Below, piece by piece: positions 49,340-63,921 of a stretch of 64,000 bases of DNA (the first letter of the stretch is position 1; each line of letters opens with the position of its first letter). The stretch is from Raillietiella orientalis (taxonomy: Eukaryota), in the NCBI GenBank assembly GCA_036172245.1, contig JAYWIR010000081.1, positions 1-64,000 on the forward strand, read 5' to 3'. A program made the position numbers and the translations under genes. The notes below the pieces were generated by a model. The model had not been told where the DNA came from, did not search any database, and was given only the letters and a program-made list of their open reading frames with translations.

Positions 49340-51290
49340 GCCACCTGGGTGCTCCGGGACGTTTATTGAAAAAACTTTTTATTCGTCATTACAGTACGTG
49401 GTACAAGGGCCCACTAACGGCCACTTAATGAAGGACCTGCAGGGACACCGGGATGCAGCCCGGTGTGACTCTCCTCGGCAGTGGAAGGGGATGGGGGGAA
49501 AAACAAAAAGAAAAACAAATCAGTGAAAGAAAAACAGTTTTTGGAGGGAAGAGAAGGGATCACAGTCCACTGGGAAGAGAATCCATCCTTAGTAGGATTC
49601 ACTCGAGGTCCTCCTTCAATCTTCCCAGCTGGAGCCATCCAATAGCTCTCCGCAGGAAGCGAACAGCATATGGGATGACGTCTATTACGGTGGAATCTTC
49701 ATCTACGGCATCACTCCAGACCGCCACGATACCACGAATGCAGCAAAGTGCTGCCAGGGCTGCGGTTGGACTGAGGGCGTCCCGCACGAAGAGAAGATTG
49801 TACACGCCTCTGGGGTTGCCACTATCCGGTATCCCAAGGGCTTTTCTAAGACATTCTTAAAGAATCCGGACGGTAGGGCAATCAACTAAGAGGTGAGGAA
49901 GCGATTACCTCCCCCCACACCTAGCACACGCAAAATTTACACTTCCCCAAGTCCAGTGGAAGCGGCGCGCGTTGCACGGTAGACCCCAATGCAGCCACAG
50001 AAGCGCCGACTCTTGCCACTTCAGGGGAAGAATCCTGTTACAAATTAAAACCGGGGGCCACTTCAGGTCATCCGACCGGATGCCGAGCAGCTCGCCCCAT
50101 TTTCTTAATCCACGCGGCTGGACACTAGGCGTCGTAGCATCTGTCAGCTCTCCCATGGTCCAGCCGCCCATCGTCTTTCTGCCTGCGATCCGGCAGGAGA
50201 CTTGCCACCTCGGCTTCCGGCTGTTGTGAAGCGCCCTACGGAGGAAGGGCATCGCCGTAGCAAGGGGTGTCCCTTCTGCCTACGTGCAACTCGCTGGAAA
50301 TTCAAGAATTTCACGCAGAGTGCGGCGGGCGTAGAAGACGACTCGCAGGCAGTTTTACGTCTCGTGTTTCCTCTCATGTATCTTCGCCGGAGCAGGTCGC
50401 ATCCTCGCATCTTCCGGCCGGAGCACAGAAGATAAGACGCTAGTCCTTGCGTCCTGGAGACACGGCTGGGACAAGTTCCTGGAGAAGGCGAGCCGGTACG
50501 CACCAAGGGGTGCTCCACAACTTCGCTGCGATGGCCAAGGTGCGCCATCGCAGCTGGATTACCAAGCGATCCAGCATCAGGAGAACAAAACCACCGTCCC
50601 GACGCGGAGCGCATAAGTCCTTCAGAGGCACTTTAGGCCTCTTCTTGCCACAGAGGGCTATACGGAGTAGGTCCTTTGTCCTCTTCTTCAACTGGGGGGC
50701 AACGGGGCAAACAAAAAGTAGGGGGCGAAGGATGGGAGCCGCGGATGCGTTCCATACCGCGGCCCGTTCCGGCAAGAGGAACTTGCCCTCCAGCAACGGG
50801 CCGACCGCCGACTCCACTTATTGGAGACGACCTGACCAGGCTTCTGACGTGCAGAAGTCCCCCAACGGCACGCCAAGGTATTTCAGGTACGTGGCCGCGG
50901 GGATCCCCAAGCGGATCCAGTCAGGACGTCCAGCCCACGTCGCACCAACCGCCACCACCGACGACTTTGCCTTGTTCACCCTTATTCCCGTCCCGCGGCT
51001 TAGCAGATCGAAGAAATCCTCGACTGCGGCTGCCGGGGTTGACATGGGTAATAACAGCAGAAGATCATCAGCGTACGCTGCCACGGCAGGCGTGCCGGGG
51101 CACGAGCTCGGCAAGGGGGCCAAAGTCGCACTATACGCTCTCAGCACCAACTCGAAGTAGATGCTAAAGAGCAGGGGACTGAGGCTGTCGCCCTGCCGTG
51201 TCCTACGCCGCACCAACACGCCGAAGGAAACGTTGATGAGCGCGTCGCGCCAGCTGGAGCGCAGAAACTGATAATGAGGCCGGGAAGCCC
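49340..51290 (-). mobile_element. 3' half of an L1/Tx1-like LINE, in tandem with 46570-49335
   Basis: RQGDSLSPLLF, AYADDL, VNKAKS, KYLGVPL, ERAAVWN. The 3' end on the minus strand is aataaacgtcccggagcacccaggtg. Confidence 0.9.
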
Positions 51291-52999
51291 AAGAGTTCCA
51301 GGAGTTCCAGAATTTTTTTCAATATTTTTTAGTGCACAACCACCACTGAGATTGTTCTTTATTCGGGTATAGCAAGTTATCGTTTGGGTTCCGCCATTCA
51401 AAATTTCGAGTAATGTTTCAAATTGGCCCGGCCGGCAGTCCGTTTTGAGGCAAACAGTGTTATCGCTTGTGATTCCTTCAGTCTGTGACTGAAGTGTTTC
51501 CAACAAGCGTAGTGGTAATTAGGAAAAAAGACTATGTTTCAGCACTCCAGACAATTGAAACAGGGTTTGTGGAAGAACAGGTTGTAAATTCCATAGAGAT
51601 GTCGCTCAAAGTGGACAGTCCATTTTGAGTCCAGCGCAACCATTTTTCCTGAGCAAGTCGTAATGAACCCGTGCAGCGTAAAGGCAACGCGAATGCAAAC
51701 AGTTGGAGTGCAGACGTCAGCGCAACGTCCCCATTTCAAATGGATGGGATAGACACGAAAGAAAGGGGTGGTGTCCCACGCATGAGGCAAGATTAGAGGT
51801 GCCAGGAATAGATCCATTTCTTTACAGACGTTTGATTCTTGTGTTGAGCTTGCATTCCAGTTTCACGAACCCTTGAAAGCTTGCGGGAAGAATGTTGGTA
51901 AACGCTTGCCCTAATTTACGACCAAATGCAGATGGATGGGTCACGCCAGTCGGTCTTCATAAAAATGGCTGATTACGGGACCTCTTTGAAGTGGCATCCG
52001 CGGGAGCAGCAAGGTCAAGTTCAGCAACATTCGAATCGAAATCGACAGTTCGAATCACGAGGAGAGCGGTCGTAACACCTCCTCTCCGACGACTTCGGCC
52101 TGCAATGGCTCACCGCTAGACAGAATCCGATTGACCACGTTCTGTATGGCGAAGACGAGCATCCAGAAGTACCAGGACATTCAAGCCCTACTCTCGGATC
52201 AGCCTCTCTTGCAGTTCACCTTGATGATGGAAAACAGCTTCAGGGCTGCGCTGCTCTGCACGCCCGAGCGGTTGGTGATCGTTTCGATTTGCCGATACGT
52301 TTGTCGGTCACCAGAAGCTGATGGAGTTGACATTGCAGGACGCCGACATCCGCAGGGTCGACGAATGGCATCGGTTGAAACGCACGATCCACCTATTTCC
52401 GAATGTCTTTAAACACCCTCTAGCTTGAAATTAGGTATCTGCATAAACCATGCGTCCACCGATACCTCTGTTAATTTTCACCATCTTCCAAGTTTATATC
52501 AGCCTTCAGTTAACTTTGCTTAAGGAGCGAAAAGCAATGGTCTATGCTTTCTGCTGATACTTCAGGTGTCTCCGTTCCCAAATCATCTTCTAACGCCTCT
52601 CTTCAGTATTTGATTCCCTGTTTGGTCGCTGCTCATTAGCTCGTTCTCCTTGCAAGCATTAAATCCTGAGGGGTCAGTCATACTTTCCCCTAGCAGGGTC
52701 AGGTAATATATTGTGCACAATATGGGTCAAACGATTTGCACAACAATATTTTGGCTAATCTGAAAGGCTGATTTTCTGCGGTAGGTCGAGATGTTTACTT
52801 AAACTTTCCTTCAACTAATAAAGATGTCTATTAGAATGGATTTGCAATCGTGCCACAGAGCACTAAATAGCACATGTACCTAAAATGTATAGTTTTTATT
52901 CTTCCATACCCAACTGAAGTTCATAAACCTTGCTAATATTCTTGGAATTGCCAAGTGAATTTTTCTTATTTGCTTTTCTCTTAAGCGTCCGTGCATTGA

Positions 53000-54300
53000 G
53001 TCAAAGTTTAACATAGAAAATGATTTACTTCATGATAGAATCTAGAGTGTTGTTGGTAAAACATTTATGGAAGGGCGATAATATGTCTAGTTTGAGCCAA
53101 AGTCGGAAACACTGTGCAAAACCTAAAATACAGTCTTTATTAATCTTAACAACTTTGATACGAAACGGCAGTTCCATATATGCCGATAGAGCAGTTATCA
53201 ATGGATGTGATGAGGTACAGCATGGAGGAAAGATCATGGAAACACATAGCATCCAAAGAGGAACCACAAATATGTGCTCATAGAATGTTAAAATACACAT
53301 CCGATGAAGATGTGGCGATTCTTCCACCGTTCTTTCTGTAGGGTCTTTCTCTTGAGAACGTGTTACTGGCTCAACAAGAGAAAGACCCTTCAAGTGTGGT
53401 GCTTCGTTGGAACTGTCCAGGAGGTTTACAGTTTCGATAAAGGGGAAGCTGGCTACAGAAAGCACAGTGGAGGAATCGCCAGTAGGCTAATCAAAGTCCA
53501 TCGCAAAGTGGAAAAAATGCTGTCAATCGAAGCCTACACATTCCATAATTGTTTTTACAACAGGCCTAGCTGGGAATGACAGACGCTTGGCATCCCTGAA
53601 AACGGCACGATTGGTCCGTAAGACCCGTGTACTCAGTGAGGGCTGCGAGGGCCAATTGCAAATCTTCACGAGTATTTGCCGAGAGGGTTCATCATCATTA
53701 GCATAAGGCAAGGGCATGACTGAAGGGTGTCCATGGAGTACAACTTCAATGAATGGCTCGAGTGCAATGTTCAACAGCAATCCACCGAATGGACACTTTT
53801 GCCGTACGCCTCCAAAAATGCTGATATTGTCTGCGCAGACAAACACGCATCCAATCTTATATGGGAGGAGATTGCTATACAGATCTCGAATGAGTACACA
53901 AAAGTTGCTGTCAACACGGAAGGATTGCCATGTTCGAAGGACGAGTTCATGAGAAACACAAGTAGGGACATCTTTAAAATGTTCCGAAAATATAGCAACA
54001 TTCCGATGATGGACTCTGCAACGATCGAGTAATGTGCTCATGAGGAAAAAATTTTTCAGAGCAGTCTTCCAACAAGTAATTTGCTAATGATTTTTTCCAT
54101 TTCCTTCGAGATCGCAGGGAGGGGAAATTGGGCAACATGGGAGAGATCGGACGCGGCAGTTTTATGAATAAATACTGTTTGCAAGGACTTCCAATTCTCC
54201 AGAATTTTATGAAAATGCAAAACACGTAACAAAGAGGGCAGTTAGACACGAACACTCCAAGTCAGCCTTCAAGAAAGTTTAACAAGAGATACCATGGTTC
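53000..54300 (-). mobile_element. Old decayed RLE-type RT remnant
   Basis: VSHELV...LIRDLY...GGVRQKCPFGGLLLNIALEPF...PYAND. Confidence 0.7.
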
Positions 54301-55529
54301 CTGAAAAATGAAGAAAGTCAGCTCCGGGGTGAATGAGGAGAGGGTGGTTTCGTTTGATGACTCCCAGCCCCACTTGAGAGCCACCAAATCCAATCTCTAA
54401 GGAAGGCACACATTTCTTCTACTAGTGCTGACACTCTCCCAGGTAACTTTGGAAGATCCTCAAGAAATCCGAAAAGAGATTTTGCCTTATTGATGGAAAG
54501 AATAATTTTATAGTGAATTCAACTGCTCTAACAACATGTGTTCGAGGTAGATAACCACAAGCAATTATACATTCTCAAGTTGATGTAAAACCTATAAGGT
54601 ATCCAGCTGGAGGAATCTTTGGCAACCACCTTTTTTGCATTAATATGACCAGTTGCTGTAGAACGAGATGAAATGAATTCTTTCTAGCTCACCATCACAT
54701 CCCTCCTTACATCAATCCTTATCTTCTTATCCTAGCACTATCGTTTCTTTGCTCAAGCTATTGAGGTTCTTCATTCAGCTAGTGGAAAACTTCAACATAA
54801 AACACAGTATCCCAACTAGGGCCAGTGTTTCCAGGAATTTACTTTTTAAAACATTCTCATCTCTATGTAACAGGGGTCCTTGCTTTCCAGGTTTTGGTCC
54901 CCTCCAACATCTCTGAACTTTACATTGACATCTGTAAAAATCACTTGTAGAAATAGTTTTTAAAGTTGGGAACTATTCTTACCGCAGTTGGAAATTCATG
55001 CGACTAAAATCCTTCACATAAAGTGGCTGTAGAATGCAAATTCTGCAACACCATTTTCCTTGAACTATGCAACTGTAGTAGGTGACCGAAGTGTGGAAAA
55101 CAAACCTTCACAGATGCCTAAGAGATTTAGCTTGGTTTGAGAATTGCCACTTTAATCTTTGATAACTTCTGAACAAGCCATTCAGAATATATGTTGCATA
55201 CATATGAAATCCTGCACATGGTCAGCAAACTATTATGCATCTGCATGTGCTGCAGCAGTTCCCAAACACAAGAGAAAGCATGCATCACCCATTCTTACAC
55301 CAAGCATTTGGAAGTTGTATCAATGAAAAACATGTTCCAGCAGAGACTTACAATTCTGCAATCGAATATCCAGGTTTTGGAATATGTGCAGCCTTCCACA
55401 AACCGAGCTTGCAAAACTGGGCTTTAGAAACTCAGAAGACATGGAATGCTTCTTTGGAAAACACATCACGTCTCAAACACTGAGAGCTTCGTGTACTCCT
55501 TTCAATCCATAGAGTGCAACTTTACCTGA

Positions 55530-58500
55530 AGGCCACCACATTTAGGTCGTGGCAACGCCAATTGTGAGAAACTGATTAAGGGGGCAGCATGTGATCTCAC
55601 ACTGCTAGACACCAAACGGGTACATGTTCCCAGGAAACCGTCAACTCCTGCTTGGAAACACCAAAGATTGCTCGATTACTACAACTGGATCCCTCCTATG
55701 CAGCTGAAAATTGCATACAATCCCCATTTTCCGATTCCTGGAGGCGGGAAACATCATAATCTGGCAGCACACTAGGCAAGCAATCAACGTAGTGCACCCA
55801 AGAGCACTTCCCCATTGCAAACGTTGCAGCTGCCTGGATTTTGGAAGAGTGAACAGTAAATGCAACTGTTTCGTTTAGGATAGGTCATCAGCATACTCAG
55901 GACAGCAAAGACGTGCTAATTCTCAGTGGATTCGAAAAACAAAAGAAAAGTGAGTTGGCGTCGGAGAAAAGCATTCTGCCAAAATAGCATTCAAATGGTT
56001 TAGCTGAAAGGCAGGAGTGCAGAAGTGCAGTTTCCTCTGCAGCATTCATCTTAGGTTTGGTTTTTCGATGCCTCGGACTCGAAAATTCTAAGAGATGATG
56101 AAACGGAACTTTGGATGAAAACAGTTGCTCAATAACGCGGAGCTGCCGTCGCCCTCCGCGGATGTGAGAAGAGTTTTCGGATCCAAAGGAAAATCCTCAT
56201 TTAGGAATCTCAAGGTGAGGATTTCAGAAAAATTCACACAAAAGTTAGCTTGAAAAGAAAATCTGTTGGATACATAGGTTCAGATATTCAAGATGACTTT
56301 GAAACATGCTCAAAGTAACAACACCATTTAATAACCAGATTTTCAAAAATGTACTCACTTGTGTGTCGGACGGCACGTTTCCTCGGTTTCGATGGAATCT
56401 GATGAGCTGCACGAAGCTTCTTCACTCGAGCTGACTTCTTACACTGAACATCATGCAATTCAAAAATTGAATTCTGAATTCAAAAAAAGAAAAAGCTGTT
56501 TGTCGATGATTGTTTCGCGTACGCTTGAGCACGTGCAGCATTTGAATAGTGAAGGGTAGTTTGGATTCCGATATTTTTCGTTTGTCTTCGGAAGGACAGC
56601 AATGATATCGATGAGAAGTTACCCGTTTTCTAAATAGTCACTATATGTAATGCATGTGATGATTTCTTGTCTTGGCAATCCTGTTTTCTACTGTAGCCAC
56701 TTGAAGGCAGGTGAGTCCATTCAAAAGAGCAAGTGATTCTCCAGTGTTCTGAGATGCACTGCTCCTGAATGGTTTGGGAAGAAACACAATAGGCATGTGG
56801 TGCCACAATTTGGGAAAGTAATGAGCACATCATAGCTAAAGCACTTTGGAAAGTTGATTTGCATCTATTATGCAGTGGATGGGTCTACTTTGGTTCATGG
56901 ATTTCACACTGGTGACACAGCAAGAACAAAGAGCATTTCTTGCATGTGAAAGGTTTGAAACCCTCCAGCTGCACAGCATTTAGGAAGCAAAATATTCTCA
57001 GTGGTGAGAAACCAATAATAACTCGCAAAGTTATCGGTCTGAACAGAATTGCTGCGATGAAGAGGAGAGGTTGCTACATGAATGCCAGTTTTTGTGACCA
57101 GTGTTCTGGATTCCAAGGAAAGAGAAACGGCAGAAGATGGAAGGCATAGCTCCCAGGGGGTTCTGTGAACTGGAACACTATCATCTTGGCTATGCTGAAG
57201 ATGCAGGAGCATCAAAGATGGCCAACGTACGTTCAGGCAGGAAAAGGGAGAAGTTTTCAGGCTAAGGATAGGAATGTTGAAATGATTGGCGATTAGATGA
57301 TATCTGAGAAACGATTAGGAATGAACAAAAGCATTGGGCTGGAACTGCAAATAATGCTTTGATTTCCACTGTACATGTAGCATGTGCTTCAGGGGTAATA
57401 GGAAAGATGTGAGTCTCGGTGTCATCAAGCTCACCCTCAAGAAGAAAGCTAGAATTCTTGTAGCAAGCTGAGAGTCATTTTAGCAATGTGGAAACAGAAG
57501 GTGAGGAGTTCAGTCTTTCAATGTGGGTAGACAAGTATAGGCCTACCAGCAACCTGGAAATGGTAGGACAGCAGAGTCTGTTAATAAGCTTCATACATGG
57601 CTCCAAAATTGGCAGGAGAATAGGCGGCCTGCCCACAGATCTCTCCATGCATGCAAGCAGGTCTTAAGGTGGTTTGGTTGCAATTCCATTCAAAAGTATT
57701 TAGGTGTAGTTGCAAATAGTGATGATGGAGCATACTTTAAAGCAATCACACATCCTAGCCCTCTATGCATAGGTTAATCAATCTTTCACCTGGCCAAGTA
57801 TCATGTCCTGATTAGGGCAAGCACTGCTACACTGACTGAATGTTACAAATGCAAGGTTAAAGCATCCTTCGCAAGCAGAGGAAGCACCTATTCTTAGACA
57901 TCAGATTTTACTGTTGCAGTCCAAAGAAAAAAGTTATTTTGTTATGATCATGGATGAAGTGAGTAAGTTGGAAAAGTAAGTTTCTTTGCTCTTATGGGCC
58001 CATTTAGCAGCACAGAGTGTTTGCAGACCGAAATGTTTGCTGGAAAACAATCAGCAGGAAAGAAGAATCAGGGAAGAAGAAAACTCAAGCATTGAAGGAA
58101 ACGGCTCTCTTTTGTAATCGTTTCCTGGCTTTGTGTTTCCACGTGCTGCACAAGAGGAAATGCTCCCTTGTTGCATGGAATCCCTTGTGTCCCAGCATCC
58201 CAAGAAAGGGGGTGCCTCTTATGCAGGGAAGAATCGTTCAGGAGAACGGAGGGAGGAGTGCAAATCCCTGCACAGTTGGGTCCTTCGCATTCCTTGCAGT
58301 ATGCTGGCGAGGTCCTCTGCATGACTTTCCAAGTGGAAGCACCTCGAGCCCACCTGTAAGATCCCGATGTGGAAATGAGTGACTGCTGCTGTGGAGTCCA
58401 AAGCAAGGGGGAAGGTTGCCCGGAGAGGAAAAGAGTGCACTAGAAGGTGCACGAATTATTCGATTTTCCAGCATGTGGCGCCGTTTGGTTTGGCACTCCC

Positions 58501-61500
58501 CTGCGTCCTTTATAGCAAGGCTGATGTCCTGGAGGCAACATAGGCAGTTCCAAGGAGCAGTCTCTTTTTGCTAGGATTCCTTCCCTAATTCCTCTACCCG
58601 CAGAATGTATGCCCAATTCAATCACACACGAACTTGTTTCAAACTGATTCCTGGTGTTGAGATATTCGTTCCGATGTGCTCGGCTGCTGCTCTCTCTGCA
58701 CCACTGTTCCGTGATTTGAATTTCACATCCATGGAAGCTTCGTGAAATAACCTGCTTGCAGGCCCTGCCGAGCATGAATTCTTGAAAAGCCAAGCGTGGA
58801 ATAGGGAGAAGGTTTGGTTTCGTGCTTACGATGGAAAGCAGCCTTTCTGCGTATAAGAGAGCCTAAAACTCGATTCATTTTCGTGTACATGTGCAGTGTT
58901 TTTTGAAAAAGTACGTCCAAAACACTTCGCATGATTCCAATTCTTTTTCGTACAATAGTCGTTACCTAGAAACTAATAGTCATCTATACGCGAACACTTC
59001 AATGCTAGACAGTGGATCTTTAGAAGGGAGTGGGCATTGACGAGTCCACTGGGACGCACCTTCAGAATCATAAGAAGTGTTCAGAAAACTTTCTGGAAGG
59101 TACTCCGTTTCGAATAGCGGAGAATCGAAATGCACCAACGGCCATGATGGAGACATTGGTTTCAGTCGACGCGACTCCAATGAGCCACGTTTGGGAAATA
59201 TGATCCATTCCAGGAGTCTGCATGATCCCTAGCCGCGTGGCTGAGCCACACCAAGAATGAGAAATGCCAAGTTGTCATTGTAATACTACAAATGGGAAAG
59301 ATTCCGCGATGCCATGGGCATCACTGGAAGAACGACGAATTCGGAAAGACGATTGCTGAATGTGCAGTGTCGGCTTTGTGGTGGCTTTGAAGATTCTCGT
59401 GGGAACAACGGTTGAACAACGCGGCATGCAAGACGAGCCGTTTGTGGCCGGAAAGTGTGGAAAGCAGAGGCAACAAATCGTAAAACTGACGATAGGAGAA
59501 CGTGAGAAGCCTCTTGTGCATTCGGAGGAGACCTCAGATTGCACAAGAACACCGACAGGAGTGGAAGAACCGAGGAATGTCTTCAGTGGAGAAGACGTAG
59601 GGAAATCATTGCGAAAGGATCATTGAAGAGTGGTGAAGAGTGGAAAGGTGCAATTTGAAGGTAAGCTGTTGTTGGCAAAAGACTTGGTGAGATCAAACTC
59701 CGCGCTGTCTGTTCCACCTCGAAATGCACATCTTGAAGCGCACGGGAAGAGGCCGAAGAGCGGCAAGAGCGGTAGAGGGCGGCTGCGCTTTCCGGTGGAA
59801 GTGGGCGTGGCGCTGCACGGTTGTGTTTCGGTTTGGAAGAAATGCTGTGGCTCAAAGTGTGGATGGTGGAATGGTCGGGTTGCAAGGCATGTAGGCATTC
59901 GAGGAGTATGTGATCGATGGGAAAAGGAAAATGCCGTTAGCAGTGAGCACTTTACGGTAAAGGAATTAATTTTTTGCTTTTTTGGAAATTGCTGCAAGAA
60001 TCGAGAAAAAGAAAAGTGGTGGAATGCTTGTGATTTCTTTTGCAGTGATGGGGAGCAAAGAAAGGAGTTGAAAGGAGTTCACTTGCAATGCTGCTGTTTT
60101 TTTTTTTTTCACTCATGAGAAATCGAGAATCGTCAAGAAGCAATGGAAGTTCGACCTACTAGAGTTTTGAGAACTGCATTTGTCCCGTTTGTTCCTCCTT
60201 GCACGTTTACTGTGACGGCGATTGTTCACAGGAATGCTCATGAATGAGAAAAGGGTGTGTTGATGTTCTGATTCTTGTGGTGAGATGACTTGGGATGTTA
60301 TGAGTTTTAGCAGGAAAGGTTTTGGAACTGTTGGACTTGCACTGCTGACAAAGTGTTGAGGTTTGCAACGTTTCTGTTCATGCCATGCTTTTTGACAGCA
60401 GGGCCTGCTGAGAGTAGAGTTGACTTTTTCAAATTGTAGGTGCAATCTAAGGTTGTGAGCACTCAGCTGTGCAGGTGGTTGACAACGTGTTGTTTTGTGA
60501 AGTTACCATGCAAATGTAACCTCATGCAGGTATCTCTCCGATATGAGTTATATCATTGACAAGAAGTTGATATGCAAAGATACTCGTATGTGAAAGCATC
60601 TCACAATAAGTCGTTCCTGGAGATGTTGTTTTCTCTTGGCGGTAAAGTTAGTTACACTAATTTGTGTTTAGCAGTACGCCAAGGCATTTTGTGAGTGCCC
60701 CAGTCAGGTTTAAGGCCGATTGCAGATTGTTTGGATATCTGGTTATAATCACGAGATCATCTGCACATGCTAAGACCTTGGAATTGGCAATGTTTTTCAT
60801 GACGCCCTGTCATAGTGGTTGCATCCCCAAATGAAAAGATCCCAGATAAGGGGTGGGCATGTTCGGGAGTGCCAATCACCTGGGTAAGTCCATCCAAGGT
60901 TGGGCTTGCACCCATGGTTCGAAAGTGTGTGTGAATGGTATGGATGACATCGTTCAATGTATCTATGGCTAACTGGCATGTTTGCACATCTTTCGGTTGT
61001 TATTGCAAATCGCGGAATTTTCCCTTGAAACTAGTTTGAAATGGAATCTTGCTGTTCAGTTATAGAGGAGGAAATTTTGAGATGAGAATCATCACCTGTA
61101 GATTGCATTGTGATGTAAGGAGATGATCTGCTTGTGGGAAGAGGAGTAGTTCTTGCAGAAGTGGGAGTTGGTGCAGTTTGTTGACTTGTAGCAAGTGGCA
61201 TGCTTGCTCTCTGGCGGATGAGGAATGTGAATTTGTGAGATTATTTGAGAGATTTGACGAAGGAACTACAGAATGGTACTCTTGTATGTCTAAAGGGCTA
61301 AAGAAGATGTCCTGTTTGAGATTTGGTTGCCAAGGTTCTTACTTGATTTGGTGCTTTTGATTAGCATCTCTCTCATCTGATCCCATCCACAGTCGACTGT
61401 GCTCCCAGGATGGAGTGTTTCAGTCTAGGTGTTTCATGCTGTGGATTCTGGGAATGCTAACCCTTCTCGGATAAGATGCGAGTAACAGGTAATCCTTTGC

Positions 61501-61902
61501 TCCGAGCTTGTGCAGTAAGTTTATCATGTATCTGAACATCATTGTTTTATTATGACATCTGCCTGGAAATACCAAAGCTTATGGGGTTCTGCAAGGTGCT
61601 TCAGAGTTTATAGTCCTTCATGAAGGCATAGATAAAGGGATTCAAACAATTTGTTGCAGAGTTTTTTTACTTCAGATTCTAGAGTTCATTTCATTTTTTT
61701 GGCACATGGCAATTTCTTAACCTTAGTTTTTAAAGGAATAACGTGTGACCCCATTAAATTTGAAATATGTATTTGTAAAATCAGGTAGAACGTGGTGACA
61801 AAAAATTCATGCAAAGTTCAGTGCAACGCAAAATATTTGTGTATTTTCATGAGACAGTAGTGAATGGTTAATATTTTGAGGTCAGTAAAATGGTTATTTT
61901 CC
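55530..61902 (-). repeat. Unclassified interspersed repeat, copy 2, with extra internal segments
   Basis: Inverted colinear homology to 22655-26795. Confidence 0.85.
57150..57965 (+). pseudogene. RFC1: Replication factor C large subunit pseudogene fragment
   Basis: MWVDKYRPTS...GQQS, then VNKLHTWLQNW, DDGAYFKA and IMDEV (Walker B) followed by gtgagt, with stops and frameshifts. Confidence 0.7.
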
Positions 61903-63229
61903 TGGTTTTCCATTTTATGGTCCCCAAAATGTTTCAGTGCATTTTCATAAAGTAAAATATGGGAAAGAAATAAAATACCAAGCCAATTTAGATTGAATTC
62001 TTCGAAGATTTGGGAAAGTGGGAAATTCTCTTATTGTGGAGAGTTTGTTCTTTCTGGAATAGGAAGGCCCTGCAAAGTGGAAAGTAGGGTTATGGATAGT
62101 ATTTAAACAGCAAATACAAATAGATAAGAGGAAAACACAATAAGGTTAACACAATGGGAAACTGAATTGCTTATTTGACTCTACAGACTGGGCACTAATG
62201 TGTTCTGTGATGAAATGTGAAAAGGAGTGGTGATGTTTTGTGATTTACTTTTGTCATTCTAGTATTCGTCTTGAGGTAATCTGAAATGCAGCGAGTTTAT
62301 TATTATGAAAACTGACTGCAATGTTTTGTAGATGTCAAAGCAAAGAAAGTTCTTGGAAATTCTAATATGGAATTGCTGATATGGAGACTGCCTTTTCAGA
62401 GGCTCGGCTGCAGGCTGTACCTCCTCATGCTGCCTCAGTCTCACGGCCCTTGGAAGCCTACGTTCAAATTTTCTGATAGCCTCGTATAATTTCGATCTAA
62501 TGTCCGCTACACGATCTGTTCCGAGTGTTGGGGTTATCATTTCAATGGGTTTTAGCGAAAGTTCTTTCGGCACCTTCGAGCAAAAGGCCTCCCACTCGGG
62601 TGAGAAGCCCTCTTTCGACTCGATGGCCTGTTGAGACATATGGGGTGAGAGGCATAGTGCTGATTTAGGGTACACGTTGAGCATGAAGGATCCGAGTCGT
62701 CCTAGGGTTGAATCGGCTTCGGAATCATTGAAATTTGTACGAGCCTGGCCAGTCAATTATCTTGCTCCTATGTGGTAAAATTTTGCATTAAGCATAATGC
62801 CTGCTTACGCCTCTCCCAAGAAGGCGTTAAATTTTCCTTGTTGAAATTGATAAGAGTAGTAACGGAGTTTTCCAGACTTGCATCTTTCAGTTTGGGCGTT
62901 TCTGCTGTGGTATTCGTTTGGAGTGGAATGTCATGCATTGAAGTGTACTGTGATATTGTTGCATGAAAAAATTCCAACATGCAACTATTTACTCATTGCT
63001 GATAGTTTAAATTATTCTCATGGCAATTATGATGATAGAAAGTCTGCAGTTATTCAATGTTTGAAGCTAAATCAAATTCTTTGGATCTTTAACATGATGT
63101 GTTATGAATCTTGATTTATAATTTCAACTTTTTTGAGGTTTGTGACAGATATTGCACTGAAAGTTGACTGTGCATAAATTTCCATACAGCAAAGGCAAGA
63201 TTTTTTCTTTTTCTTTTGCTAATCGGTAT

Positions 63230-63845
63230 GCTTGGAATCAGAAGTTCCGAAATATGTTGCCTACCCATCTCACTGAACTGCAAATTGTTTTCTTGAAAAG
63301 CATTTGTTAGTATCCTTGGCCCTCACCCAAGTCATCATTGTGAATGTGGTGAGGGGGTTGGGGTGTGCTCTGCTTCGTGTAAGGCGGAAGCATTCTTTTA
63401 CAAGATTTATGTTTTTACTATAAAATTTGGTGTGGTTGTTGAGTATGAAGAGTTCGTCGGCGCCATCTTCTATGAGTTGGAGTATCTAGCGGATAGATGA
63501 TTTGCGATTTGGCTTACCACGTCTTGGTAGGCCAAAAATTGGCTCGTAGGATTCGTGTAGTTTCCCGAATATCCAAGCTTGCTTGTCTTCTTTAGTGAAA
63601 TACCGTAAGCTTCTCTGCGGACTGCCTCTAGCTTTTTCAAGATGACTTTTTTGGAAAGTTTTTCTTTTTAATCCTGGTAGTGTTCGAGGTTCTTTTAGCT
63701 GGAAGAATCCTTGAAGGTGTGGTGTTCCGGTTTTTGCGATCTCTTTGCCTATGCATGCAAAGAAGCAGTTAAGTCGGCACTAGTTGTTGAGTTCTTTTAA
63801 GTCGTCTTCGGTAAAGCACCAGTTGAAGAAGAGTGCGTAAGGCAT
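63230..63845 (-). pseudogene. rep: CRESS-DNA virus Rep (circo/cyclovirus-like), endogenised
   Basis: ATG at 63845; NWCFT (motif I); IGKEIAKTGTPHLQGF (motif II); HLEKARGSPQRSLRYFTKE (motif III); degraded P-loop region; stops and a frameshift. Confidence 0.9.
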
Positions 63846-63894
63846 TCTGAAATTCACTGTAAGTGCGACTTGTTTGTGGTTGTCTGCGTGTTGG

Positions 63895-63902
63895 TATTTA
63901 TA
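63895..63902 (-). promoter_or_regulatory. Candidate TATA box of the viral rep
   Basis: tataaata on the minus strand, about 50 nt upstream of the rep ATG. Confidence 0.45.
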
Positions 63903-63921
63903 CTGCGTAACTGCGCAGAAG

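Noticed and set aside
61380..62230. Penelope-like RT remnants on the minus strand
   Set aside because: Weak motif echoes only (SIPRIH, TFHFAG..SPLS), too degraded to call.
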